A program made the position numbers and the translations under genes. Below are positions 1 to 8,622 of a stretch of 28,407 bases of DNA, piece after piece. Origin of the DNA: Candidatus Sumerlaeia bacterium (GTDB taxonomy: Bacteria; Sumerlaeota; Sumerlaeia; SLMS01); contig JBBQYG010000040.1 in assembly GCA_038208905.1 (NCBI GenBank), positions 1 through 28,407 of the forward strand, read 5' to 3'. Position 1 is the stretch's first letter, and every line of letters begins with the position of its first letter. The notes below the pieces were generated by a model that ran no database searches, had not been told where the DNA came from, and was given only the letters and a program-made list of their open reading frames with translations.

Positions 1-391
1 GCCACGCCTCGCCCAGCGAGCCATCGCGCCCCAGTGCCGGGTCGCCGCCGAGCGCGAGGCGCACCATCTCCATCGGCGCACCGACCAGCGCGCGGCAGTA
101 CTGGCGGAGCTGCGTCCAGTCGCGGTATCGCTCCCGCACCAGCTCGAGCAGCACGCCGTCGAGGAACTCCGCCAGCAGCGCGCGCGGCACGCCGAGGCGC
201 TCGTGGTGGTTCTCCAGCGCGGGGACCAACTCCAGCACGGCGCGCTGTACATCGCCGCCGCTTCGCGCGGCCTCGCCAGCAACCTTCTGGCGTAGCTCCC
301 ACAACAGCGCCGCGATCGCGCGCACGCGCCGTCGCTTTTCGCGCGGCAGTCGCCAGTCGAGCAGTACCTGCCCCGAAATCGCCGCGCCCAA
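1..391 (-). CDS. Divergent squalene/phytoene synthase-fold protein (CrtB/HpnC-like), 3'-partial
   Basis: Not in the ORF track. Hand translation from TTG at 391 (GGAGGT 6 nt upstream) gives LGAAISGQVLLDWRLPREKRRRVRAIAALLWELR...LLAEFLDGVLLELVRERYRDWTQLRQYCRALVG, matching the LPxxxR...DGMxMDL..RY.T..EL..YCYxVAG pattern. The frame is open to the window edge. Confidence 0.65.
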   Translation of the reverse strand, partial: MGAAISGQVLLDWRLPREKRRRVRAIAALLWELRQKVAGEAARSGGDVQRAVLELVPALENHHERLGVPRALLAEFLDGVLLELVRERYRDWTQLRQYCRALVGAPMEMVRLALGGDPALGRDGSLGEAW

Positions 392-406
392 TGCAACACC
401 TCCGTC

Positions 407-443
407 GAAAGAAAGCGGCCCGAACGTCAGACGTCCGGGCCGC
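407..443 (-). terminator. Rho-independent terminator of sodA
   Basis: Minus-strand hairpin GCGGCCCGGACGTCTGACGTTCGGGCCGC (415-443) followed by TTTCTTTC, about 26 nt after the sodA stop. Confidence 0.8.
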
Positions 444-469
444 GGGATTCATTGCGATCTGCGCGTGGG

Positions 470-1075
470 TCAGACGGCTTCCGCGTAGCGGCGGCCGACT
501 TCGCCCCAGTTCACGATGCTGAAGAAGGCGGCCACATAGTCGGCGCGGCGATTCTGGTAGTTCAGATAGTAGGCGTGCTCCCAAACATCGAGGCCCAGCA
601 GTGGCGTGGCGCCCTCCATCAGCGGGCTGTCCTGATTGGCCGTGGAGGTCACGATCAGCTTTCCGTCCTTGGCTGCGAGCCAGGCCCATCCGCTGCCGAA
701 GCGCTTCATCGCGGCGTCGCTGAACAGCTCCTTGAACTTGGCAAAGCTGCCGAGGTCGTTCTCGATGCCCACCGCCAGCGAGCCGCTCGGCTCGCCCTCG
801 CCGTGGGGGGTCAGCGTCTCCCAGAAAAGGCTGTGGTTGGCGTGCCCGCCGCCGTTGTTGCGCACGACAGTGCGGATGTTCTCGGGGATCGACGCGAGGT
901 CGCTGATCAGGTCCTCCACCTTCTTCGCCTCAAAGGGGGTGCCCTTGATGGCGTTGTTCACGTTGGTGATGTAGGCTTGATGATGCTTGGTGTGATGGAT
1001 ATCCATCGTCTTGGCGTCGATGTGGGGCTCGAGCGCGTTGTAGGCATAGGGCAGCTTGGGAAGTTCGTAGGCCAT
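470..1075 (-). CDS. sodA: Superoxide dismutase, Fe/Mn family (Mn-type signature)
   Basis: [59 protein letters not shown]. Confidence 0.97.
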   Translation of the reverse strand: MAYELPKLPYAYNALEPHIDAKTMDIHHTKHHQAYITNVNNAIKGTPFEAKKVEDLISDLASIPENIRTVVRNNGGGHANHSLFWETLTPHGEGEPSGSLAVGIENDLGSFAKFKELFSDAAMKRFGSGWAWLAAKDGKLIVTSTANQDSPLMEGATPLLGLDVWEHAYYLNYQNRRADYVAAFFSIVNWGEVGRRYAEAV

Positions 1076-1124
1076 GGTGGTCTCTCCGATGATGGGTTTT
1101 CCGTTTTCCGAATTCGATGCGACA

Positions 1125-1154
1125 ATCGTGCCGACGTCCGTCCGCCGGGGTCAA
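1125..1154 (-). promoter_or_regulatory. Possible sigma70 promoter for sodA
   Basis: TTGACC-N18-CACGAT on the minus strand, about 50 nt upstream of the ATG. Confidence 0.35.
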
Positions 1155-1267
1155 GTGAGGGGAGCGGCAGGCGGCTATCCGATTAAACGAAGCAGCGGGG
1201 AATCTCAGGCGGCATACCCTGCCGTTCCTTGACTTTCCCCGCCGTTCCCTGCTTTTCCTGCTGTTCT

Positions 1268-1394
1268 GCGGAGCGGCGCGAACCTCCGGGCTACCTGAAC
1301 ACCCGAGCTGCGCAATTTATGGCTGCTTCCTTCCGGACCTGACCAGGTTCATTGCCGCCCGTCATCCAGGGCCCGGAGATTCCCGCCGCCCCGC
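1268..1394 (-). ncRNA. ffs: Signal recognition particle RNA (small, 4.5S type)
   Basis: Minus strand carries the helix-8 motif GAACCTGGTCAGGTCCGGAAGGAAGCAGCC. The flanks pair into one long hairpin (GCGGGGCGGCG..CTCCGGGC with GCCCGGAG..CGCCGCTCCGC). Ends are approximate. Confidence 0.93.
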
Positions 1395-1432
1395 CGACCG
1401 GGAGAGCACTGAGCGCTCCTTGCCGAACGACC

Positions 1433-1669
1433 TTACTTCTTCTTCTCGGCCGCCAACTGCGCCATGATGATGCGACGCGGCGCGGCCTTGCGGACAAGAC
1501 CCGTCTTCAGGGCCTTGGTCGAGACATAGGCGCGGCGCACCGTGCCATTCTCGTCCACGATCTTCACCTTCTGGATATTGATCTTGAAGGTCCGCCTCGT
1601 GCGGTTGTTGGCGTGGCTGACGCTATTGCCCGTCGCCCGCTTCTTGCCTGTAATCTCACACTTTGCCAT
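1433..1669 (-). CDS. rpmB: 50S ribosomal protein L28
   Basis: MAKCEITGKKRATGNSVSHANNRTRRTFKINIQK...YVSTKALK. The true start is ATG 1669; the ORF-track extension to 1849 is spurious. Confidence 0.96.
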   Translation of the reverse strand: MAKCEITGKKRATGNSVSHANNRTRRTFKINIQKVKIVDENGTVRRAYVSTKALKTGLVRKAAPRRIIMAQLAAEKKK

Positions 1670-1767
1670 GTTCTGAGTGCCTGTTTCGGTGAACTGCCCA
1701 TCGTTTGACGCGCCACTGTCCCGGCTCGCAAAGGGCCAGTGAGGGAAGCGGTAACCGCCCGGGCCTG

Positions 1768-2634
1768 TCAAAGGAAATCGCCTTGCTTTCGCAGGAGCCG
1801 TCCCGCCTCCGCCAATCCCATCGCCGTCAAGTCTGGCTCGCGCAGCCAATCGGCCGGGAGAAGTGCATCGACCGTCGCCAGCCCGCCGCCGGTGAGTACC
1901 ACCGGCAAGTCGCCCAAGCCCAATGTTTCGCGGGTTCGGCGGACGAGTTCGACCACGGCTCCGACGGTGCCGAGGACGACTCCGGCGCGGATGGCGCCAT
2001 CGGTGGAGTTGGCGATGGCGGCGATTTCGCCGCCCAAATCAACCGTGGGAAGGCGACCCGCCGTTCGGGCGGTCAGTGAATCGAGCTTGGTGGAGAGCCC
2101 TGGTAGGATCACGCCGCCCAGAAACTCGCCCGCGGCGTTCACCACTTCGGTGTGTGTGGCGGTGCCAAAATCCACCGCCATCGCCGCTCGCCCGGGATAG
2201 ATGGCCGGCAAGGCCGCGGCGTTCGCAAGTCGATCAGCGCCGGGAGATCCGTTGGTGTAGTGGAAGGACACCGGCGACCGGCCCGCGCTCACGATGATCA
2301 GGTTCTTCCCCGCCACGCTCCCCACGAGCACCTCATCCCCGGCCCGCGCGCAGCACGCCACCACCGCATCTCCCGCGCCCCGCCCGTGCTCGTCCAACAG
2401 CACCCCCAGCGCCTTCGCCGTCACCTCTCCCCGCGCCACGGTGGCCAATCGCACGATGTGTCCATCGCGCAGGGCGGAGAGCTTGAGGCGGGAGTTGCCG
2501 AAATCGACCAACAGCGGGGAATGGGGAATGGGCACAGGGGAATTGGACGGGGTAGCGGGGATTGGTTGTAGGACAGGCACTTCCGCACCTTCGACTTTCC
2601 CAATCCCCAATCCCCATTCCCCATTCCCTGCCAT
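1768..2634 (-). CDS. coaX: Type III pantothenate kinase
   Basis: LVDFGNSRLK, PGADR, VDFGTAT, GGVILPG, VLTGG. ATG at 2634 overlaps the upstream TGA (TGATG). The N-terminal 40 aa is partly repeat-derived. Confidence 0.9.
   Translation of the reverse strand: MAGNGEWGLGIGKVEGAEVPVLQPIPATPSNSPVPIPHSPLLVDFGNSRLKLSALRDGHIVRLATVARGEVTAKALGVLLDEHGRGAGDAVVACCARAGDEVLVGSVAGKNLIIVSAGRSPVSFHYTNGSPGADRLANAAALPAIYPGRAAMAVDFGTATHTEVVNAAGEFLGGVILPGLSTKLDSLTARTAGRLPTVDLGGEIAAIANSTDGAIRAGVVLGTVGAVVELVRRTRETLGLGDLPVVLTGGGLATVDALLPADWLREPDLTAMGLAEAGRLLRKQGDFL
2516..2628. repeat. Inverted pair of heptamer tandem repeats (GGGGAAT)n / (ATTCCCC or AATCCCC)n
   Basis: GGGGAATGGGGAATGGG at 2516-2532 and CCCAATCCCCAATCCCCATTCCCCATTCCC at 2599-2628. 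Confidence 0.8.
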
Positions 2635-3452
2635 CAATGCTTCCTCCAAAACTGATCCCACGCCAGCCATGCGTTCTCCGCCCGTGAGATGACCGTGCGG
2701 GGGTCCGGTATCTCGATGCCGGGGCGGCCTTGGAAGGGGATCGAGTGGTCGGCGGTGAAGAGCTCCACCTTGAACTCGGCGGGGGAGCCAATCTTGTAAG
2801 GCTTGGGCCAGCGGGCGCGATTGGTCAGGGCCTCGTGGGCCTTGGCCTCGATGAGGTCGCAGGCGTCCTTGGGCGCGAGGTTGCGGGCGGAGAAGCGCCC
2901 GAGGCCCTTCTTGACCTGCGCCTGCACGACGTTGGGTCCGAGCAGGTCGGCGACTTCCTTGCAGGTGGATTCGTCTCCGGAAACGAAGACGCACGGCACG
3001 TCGAAGCTCCCCGCGATGGCGGCAACGATGCCGCTTTCGCCAACCTTCACGCCGTTGAAAGAGGCGTTGATCCAGGACTCGCTGCTCATCGTGTGGCACA
3101 GGACGCCGTTGGGGGTTCCAGCCATCGCATGGGCGCCGGGGAGGAGGAGCGCGTCGGTGCCGGATTGCAGCGCCTCCACATAGCATCCCCAGCGATAGCC
3201 CGTGACGTACTCCGCGCCGGGTTCCAGGCGGTCCTTGTTCCAGCTATTGAAGGTGTGCGCGCCGCCGGCCCCGTGGCCGTCGATCACGATGATCTCCGTG
3301 GCGCCCGCGCGCTTGCACCCGCGCACCGCCGCATTGATCTCGTCGGTGTAGAGGCGGCGCCCCTCCTCGTACTGCGGCTTTCCGGCATTCACCTGGTCCC
3401 ACTGGGTTATGCCCGAAATGCCCTCCATGTCGCACCAAAGCTGAACCCGCAT
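2634..3452 (-). CDS. M55 family D-aminopeptidase (DppA-like metallopeptidase)
   Basis: DMEGISG, DGHG, GAHA, HT, GESG, VSGD motifs. ATG 3452 has AGGAG upstream. Confidence 0.92.
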   Translation of the reverse strand: MRVQLWCDMEGISGITQWDQVNAGKPQYEEGRRLYTDEINAAVRGCKRAGATEIIVIDGHGAGGAHTFNSWNKDRLEPGAEYVTGYRWGCYVEALQSGTDALLLPGAHAMAGTPNGVLCHTMSSESWINASFNGVKVGESGIVAAIAGSFDVPCVFVSGDESTCKEVADLLGPNVVQAQVKKGLGRFSARNLAPKDACDLIEAKAHEALTNRARWPKPYKIGSPAEFKVELFTADHSIPFQGRPGIEIPDPRTVISRAENAWLAWDQFWRKH

Positions 3453-3518
3453 CGATCTCTCCTGATGGGCAATCGTGGAGGGCACCGTTCCACGCTGAAC
3501 CGCGCGGGACAAGCCTAC

Positions 3519-4481
3519 TCACGGCAGCGTCGGCGCATCGCCGGCTGCCAGCGGCCCCAACTCGCCCGCGCGCGCGTTGTCGGCCACCTGCTCGGGAGTC
3601 TTGGCGCCCGGGATCGCCGTGTGGCAGGCGAGGTGGGTGATGCAGAAGCGCAGGCTGGCCTGCGTCTTTGTCTCGAACGGGTGGCGCGCATAGAAGTGTT
3701 CGAGAAGCTCTAGCTGGCCGAGGTACTTCTCCAGCTTCTCGGGAGAAAGGTTCATGCGCCGGTGATCGTCCTCGCCAAATCGGGAGTCGCGGTTGAACTT
3801 GCCGGTGAGCAGGCCAAACAGCAGGGGAATGCGCACGATCACGCCCACGCCGTGCTCGATGGCCTTGGGGAACAGGACCTTCTCGGCCTCGCGCTCCAGG
3901 AAGTTATAGCGTACTTGGATCACGTCGATCAGCCCCTTGTGCCGGTCGAGAAAGTGGGCCTGTTCCGTCTCCTTGAAGGAGGCGACGCTCCACCCGGCGT
4001 GGCGGATCTTCCCCTGCTGCTTGAGGAGGGAGAGCGCTTCCCAGGGATCGTCGCGTTCAAGGTGCTCGGTGCCGTGGCTGTGGAGCTGGAGGATGTCGAG
4101 GCAATCGACCCCGAGCCGCTTGAGACTTTGCTCCGCCGCGAAGACGATGTAGTCGCGGTCGGAGTTCATCTTGATCGGGCCATAGCCCTGATCGTCCTCC
4201 AGCTTCGCGTTGTAGAAGTCGTTCCCCGCCTTGGTCGCGATGATGGCGTCGCCCTTTCCGCCTCGCTCCGCGATGACCTGCGCAACCAGTTCCTCCGAGT
4301 GGCCAAAGCCATAGTTATCCGCCGTGTCGATCAGGGTCACTCCCTCGTCCAGCGCCGCGTGGAGGGCGCGCTTCGACACGGCATCGTCGGTCGGTCCCCA
4401 GTTCACCCCGCCAATGGCCCACGCGCCGAAACCGATGATGGAGACCTTTGGTCCGCGCGCGCCGAGATTGCGATAGTGCAT
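3519..4481 (-). CDS. Aldo/keto reductase
   Basis: MHYRNLG, IGFGAWAIGG, DTADNYG, IATKAG, SLKRLG.D.LDILQLH, AIPGAKTPEQV. Confidence 0.95.
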   Translation of the reverse strand: MHYRNLGARGPKVSIIGFGAWAIGGVNWGPTDDAVSKRALHAALDEGVTLIDTADNYGFGHSEELVAQVIAERGGKGDAIIATKAGNDFYNAKLEDDQGYGPIKMNSDRDYIVFAAEQSLKRLGVDCLDILQLHSHGTEHLERDDPWEALSLLKQQGKIRHAGWSVASFKETEQAHFLDRHKGLIDVIQVRYNFLEREAEKVLFPKAIEHGVGVIVRIPLLFGLLTGKFNRDSRFGEDDHRRMNLSPEKLEKYLGQLELLEHFYARHPFETKTQASLRFCITHLACHTAIPGAKTPEQVADNARAGELGPLAAGDAPTLP

Positions 4482-4651
4482 TTCTGAACTCCGGAAAAAG
4501 TGAAAGAAAATGGGGATGCGAATCCAGCCCGGGCACAGCTTGCCCCATGCCATCGGCCTCGCCCGCCGCCGCGCGCTCAACCCAATTCGCCGTTGCCATC
4601 GTCGCGCGCTGGGCCATCATTGACCCAGACAGCCCGCCGCCAAAGGTTCCC

Positions 4652-5515
4652 ATGAGCGCCACGCCCCAATCTTTTCCCGCCATCGCCGACCTGCTTAAGC
4701 GCCAGGGGATCTGGCTGGAGAAGCGCCGCAGCCAGCACTTCCTCCGCCGCCAGCAGATTTGCGCCGAGATTGCGGAACTGGGGTGCCTGACGCGCGACCA
4801 CGTCGTCATCGAGGTGGGCGCGGGGCTGGGAAACCTGACGGTGGAGCTAAGCGCGCGCGCGGGGCATGTCATCTCCGTGGAAATGGACGAGACCTTTGCC
4901 GAGTGGCACGAGTATCTGGAGTCCTCTTACCCGTCCATTAAATTCGTCTATAAGGACTTCCTCCTGACGACCTTCGACGAGTTGCTGGAGGGGGAGACGC
5001 GGCGACCCGTGGGCGTCGGGAACCTCCCCTATCAGATTACCAGCGAGATTCTCTTCCGCTTCGTCAACGCGGAGCGCACCTTCGACCGTCTTGTCTTCAT
5101 GGTGCAGAAGGAAGTCGCCGAGCGCATCGCCGCGGGGCCCGGATCCCGGGCGTCGGGCGCGCTGACCTACAAGATCGCCATGCGCTACAAGGCGGAGATT
5201 GGCCTGATGGTCCCTGCCTCCGAGTTCCTTCCGCCCCCGAAGGTCGATAGCGCGGTGTTGGTGCTGACGCCACTGCCGCACGCGCTCTTCCACAGCCCCG
5301 AGGAACGGCTCCGTGTCTATACCATGTTCGACCGCCTCTTCGCCTACCGCAGGAAGACCGTCGCCAACGGCCTGATCATGGGCCAATTGGTTCCCGACCG
5401 CGTCGCGGCGGTGGCCGCGCTTCAGGCGGCGGGAATCGACGAAGTCCGGCGACCCGAGACACTCAGCATCGAGGAGTCCCTCGCCCTCGCCCGCGTCCTG
5501 GCGGAGCGCGCCTGA
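4652..5515 (+). CDS. rsmA: 16S rRNA m6,2A dimethyltransferase RsmA/KsgA
   Basis: SQHFL, EVGAGLGNLT, GNLPYQIT, MVQKEVAERI, F.PPPKVDSAV, RRPETLS. Confidence 0.95.
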   Translation: MSATPQSFPAIADLLKRQGIWLEKRRSQHFLRRQQICAEIAELGCLTRDHVVIEVGAGLGNLTVELSARAGHVISVEMDETFAEWHEYLESSYPSIKFVYKDFLLTTFDELLEGETRRPVGVGNLPYQITSEILFRFVNAERTFDRLVFMVQKEVAERIAAGPGSRASGALTYKIAMRYKAEIGLMVPASEFLPPPKVDSAVLVLTPLPHALFHSPEERLRVYTMFDRLFAYRRKTVANGLIMGQLVPDRVAAVAALQAAGIDEVRRPETLSIEESLALARVLAERA

Positions 5516-6753
5516 TGGAGCCGGTGATTCGCGCGCGCGGCGTGACGAAGGAGTTCCTGATGCACACGCATCAGGCGACCACTCTGAAGGAGGTGGTGCT
5601 GCGCAACCTCTTCGAGCCCGGAGAGCAGATCCCCCTCATCGCGCTGCGCGACGTGACCTTCGATCTGGAACCGGGACACAGCCTTGCAATCATTGGATCA
5701 AACGGCTCCGGAAAAAGCACGTTGCTCAAGCTCATCGCGGGGATCAGCAAGCCATCCTCGGGGGAACTTTCGTCGCGCGGGCGCGTGGCGGCGCTCCTGG
5801 AACTCGGCGCCGGGTTCGAGCCCGAGTTCACCGGTATGGAGAACATCTTCCTGCAGTGCTCGATCCTCGGTCTCCCGCGAGAGGACATCCTTGCGCGCCT
5901 CGATTCGATTCTCGAATTCAGCCAGCTCGACAAGTTCATCCACACGCCTGTGAAGCGCTACTCCTCCGGCATGTACGTCCGCCTGGGCTTCGCCATCGCG
6001 GCCCACGTCGATGCGGACATCCTGCTGCTGGACGAGGTGCTTGCGGTGGGCGACACGGCATTTCAGGTCAAGTGCATGCGCAAGATCCGCGACCTTCGGG
6101 AGGCGGGAAAATCGATCCTCTTCGTCTCCCACACGCTGGAACACATCGAGGCCATCGCCGATCAGGTACTGTGGCTCAATCGCGGCGAGGTGGTGGCCTT
6201 CGGCACCGCCGACAACATCCTGCCGCGCTTCTATGAGGACCTTCAGCGCGAGGACAAAACCGACTCCCAGCAGGTTGACATGGACGGCCGCGCGGCGGCG
6301 GCGCTCCCCGTGGGGCGCTTCGCGGCGCGCGGCGCGCGATTCCTATCGGTGAGGTTCATCGCCGCCGACGGCGCCGAACGAAAGTCATTCCAGATCCGCG
6401 AGCCATTTACCATGCGTTGCGAGATCGAAGTGATGGAGCACATCGACCAGCTCGAACTCAGCTTTGCCCTCGGAACCATGGACGCCCTCCGCGCCGCGTG
6501 GCAGGGAACCGGCGGACTGATGACCAACGTCGCTCCGGGCCGCTACACGATCGACGCCCACATCGACGAACACCACCTCGTGCCGGGTCGCTACCTTGTC
6601 AGCCTCATGCTCGGCGACCCGCGCGACCTCAAGGTGACTTACGACATGCACCTTCGGCTCTATGCGCTCTCCTTCCACGACGGCAACGGCCGCATCGCCC
6701 ACGAACCGGGGGAGGGTCGGATTCAGCCAATGGGTGTGTTTTCGGAGGGCTAG
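5515..6753 (+). CDS. Polysaccharide-export ABC ATPase (Wzt/TagH-like) with C-terminal Wzt_C-like domain
   Basis: Walker A GSNGSGKST, ELGAGF.PE.TG.ENI, YSSGMYVRLGF, LLDEVLAVGD, followed by a beta-rich C-terminal domain. Confidence 0.92.
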   Translation: MEPVIRARGVTKEFLMHTHQATTLKEVVLRNLFEPGEQIPLIALRDVTFDLEPGHSLAIIGSNGSGKSTLLKLIAGISKPSSGELSSRGRVAALLELGAGFEPEFTGMENIFLQCSILGLPREDILARLDSILEFSQLDKFIHTPVKRYSSGMYVRLGFAIAAHVDADILLLDEVLAVGDTAFQVKCMRKIRDLREAGKSILFVSHTLEHIEAIADQVLWLNRGEVVAFGTADNILPRFYEDLQREDKTDSQQVDMDGRAAAALPVGRFAARGARFLSVRFIAADGAERKSFQIREPFTMRCEIEVMEHIDQLELSFALGTMDALRAAWQGTGGLMTNVAPGRYTIDAHIDEHHLVPGRYLVSLMLGDPRDLKVTYDMHLRLYALSFHDGNGRIAHEPGEGRIQPMGVFSEG

Positions 6754-6764
6754 CCTCGACACCC

Positions 6765-7469
6765 TCAGCCAAACAGCATTCGCGCAATCTCATGGAAATC
6801 CGGCGCCGTCGCATCGCAGCGGTGGGCAATCTCTGCGGGTGAGTGCATTGTGGTGACGCCGATTACGGCACAGCCCGCGCGGCGTCCGGCGTCGAGGCCG
6901 TGGAGCGAGTCCTCCAGCACGAGGCAGTCGCCGGGGGGAATCCCGAGGCGCTTGGCGGCGAGGAGGAATATCTCCGGGTCCGGTTTCGCGTGGGTTACGT
7001 CGTTCATGCTCACGATCACGGGAAAGGCGTCGGCGATGCCCCAGTAGGCAAGCACCGCGTCAATGTTCCCACGTGGCGCGCTGGACCCAACCGCGAGGGC
7101 GATGCCGCGGTCGCGGGCGGCGCGGATGAACTCCACAACCCCGGGGACCGCCGCCACGCGGCCCGCTTGGAGCTGGCGGAGAAACAGCCCCTCCTTCTCG
7201 TCGCTCTTCCCCAAGATAAACGGGATGTCGTGCATCCGCCCCGGGAAGAACTCCTCCAGAACCTGCATGTTCCCGCGGCCAAAGGTCCGCGCCATGAAGG
7301 CCTCGGGTTCGATCTCCACTCCTTCGATGCGCCCAAACTCCAGCCACGCCTCCAGATGGGCCTGCCGCGTGTCGGCAATCACGCCATCCATGTCGAAAAG
7401 GATGCCGCGCAGGGCGTGCCCCCTCCAATGGATTGTCGATCTGTCGGCGGGCGAGGAGGGGGCGGGCAT
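6765..7469 (-). CDS. HAD family phosphatase (beta-PGM/CbbY-like)
   Basis: FDMDGVIADT, GSS, KPDPEIFL, EDS..G..AG..AG. Start estimated at ATG 7469. Confidence 0.92.
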   Translation of the reverse strand: MPAPSSPADRSTIHWRGHALRGILFDMDGVIADTRQAHLEAWLEFGRIEGVEIEPEAFMARTFGRGNMQVLEEFFPGRMHDIPFILGKSDEKEGLFLRQLQAGRVAAVPGVVEFIRAARDRGIALAVGSSAPRGNIDAVLAYWGIADAFPVIVSMNDVTHAKPDPEIFLLAAKRLGIPPGDCLVLEDSLHGLDAGRRAGCAVIGVTTMHSPAEIAHRCDATAPDFHEIARMLFG

Positions 7470-7593
7470 CGATTTCACCGGTGGGCCTTCGAAGGTGAGG
7501 AACAGCACTTGCAACTCCGGCGCCGTGGCAAGTGTAATGCCCAAGGGCCATGCGCCCGCTGGACCATCAACACGATTCGGAATCCCGATCCCG

Positions 7594-8613
7594 ATGAAAG
7601 TCGTCATCGCGCACCGCACGCGCCAGGCGCGCGTCGTCGACCTGCCGGAGCCCCAGGGCGGCCGTAACTTCGTCACCGTCCGCGTCAGCCATTCGGCCAT
7701 GGTCCTGCCCAACGAATTGCAGCAGATCGAATCGGCGGAGAGCCACATCCGCGTTGGCGAGGACGGCTTTCCCCTCGGCTCCTGCGCAAGCGGCACCATC
7801 ATCGCGGTGGGCGAGGGTGTCACCTCGCTCAAGAGCGGCCTGCGCGTGGCCGTCAGCGGCGCGCCCTATGTGTATCACGGCTCCCAGCTTGTTGTGCCGG
7901 AGAACCTCGCCGTGGAACTCCCCAAGAAGGTGAACCACGAGGAGGGCGCCTTTGCGGGGATCGGGGCCAAGTCGATGCACCTGCTCCGCGTGGCGGGCGT
8001 CCAATTGGGCGAGACAGTGTTGGTTTTCGGCGCCGACCTGCTCGGTATCATCGCGGCGCAGCTTATCCGCGCGGCGGGAGCGACGCCGATTCTGGTCGAC
8101 GAGTCGGAGTTCCGCCTCAACAAGGGAAGCGCGCTCGGCCTTCCCCACGCTTTCGAGCGCAAGGATCCCGACTTCCTCAAGACCGTGAACCAGCTGACCG
8201 ATGCCCACGGCGCCGACGCCGCGTTGTTGACGCGCGGGGGCGACCGGCTGGCATTTGCGATGGCGGAGGAACTCCTCCGCGATGGCGGCGTCATGGTGCT
8301 CGGCACGCCGCTCGGCGGAGAGGTGTCGCTCGACCGCATCCGCGAAAAGCAGATCCGCGTCCGCCCCGGCGTCGGCGGCGGGGCGGGCACCGGCGACCGC
8401 GATTTCGAGATTGCCGGCGCGGGTTACCCGCGCGAGCTGATCCGCTGGACGGAGCGCGACAACATGGCGTGCTTCTGTCAGCTTCTCGCCGACCGCAAGG
8501 TTCAGATTTCGCCGCTGGTGACCGACCGCATTCCCATCGACCGCGCGCCTGTCGCCTATGAGAAGGCCGCCCGCGGCAGGGACAGCAGCTTCGGCGTCGT
8601 CCTGACCTACTAG
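7594..8613 (+). CDS. MDR (zinc-binding dehydrogenase-like) protein resembling the N-terminal half of bi-domain sugar oxidoreductases
   Basis: PLGS.ASG.IIAVGEGV....G.RVA, VPENL, LGETVLVFG, YP...IRWTE.DN, PLVTDRIPI. Start at ATG 7594. Confidence 0.8.
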   Translation: MKVVIAHRTRQARVVDLPEPQGGRNFVTVRVSHSAMVLPNELQQIESAESHIRVGEDGFPLGSCASGTIIAVGEGVTSLKSGLRVAVSGAPYVYHGSQLVVPENLAVELPKKVNHEEGAFAGIGAKSMHLLRVAGVQLGETVLVFGADLLGIIAAQLIRAAGATPILVDESEFRLNKGSALGLPHAFERKDPDFLKTVNQLTDAHGADAALLTRGGDRLAFAMAEELLRDGGVMVLGTPLGGEVSLDRIREKQIRVRPGVGGGAGTGDRDFEIAGAGYPRELIRWTERDNMACFCQLLADRKVQISPLVTDRIPIDRAPVAYEKAARGRDSSFGVVLTY

Positions 8614-8622
8614 CGCCGCGCG

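Noticed and set aside
34..1186. Plus-strand ORFs 34..522 and 452..1186
   Set aside because: Shadows of the minus-strand synthase-like gene and sodA.
1395..1432. Possible Alu domain making a long (Bacillus-type) SRP RNA
   Set aside because: Only about 38 nt separate the hairpin from the rpmB stop, and no Alu-like sequence was recognised.
2635..3186. Long N-terminal extension of coaX in the ORF track
   Set aside because: Overlaps the M55 gene out of frame; the coupled ATG at 2634 is a better start.
7063..7832. Apparent long overlap of the HAD and MDR ORFs
   Set aside because: Both extensions lack family similarity; starts at 7469 and 7594 leave a normal divergent gap.
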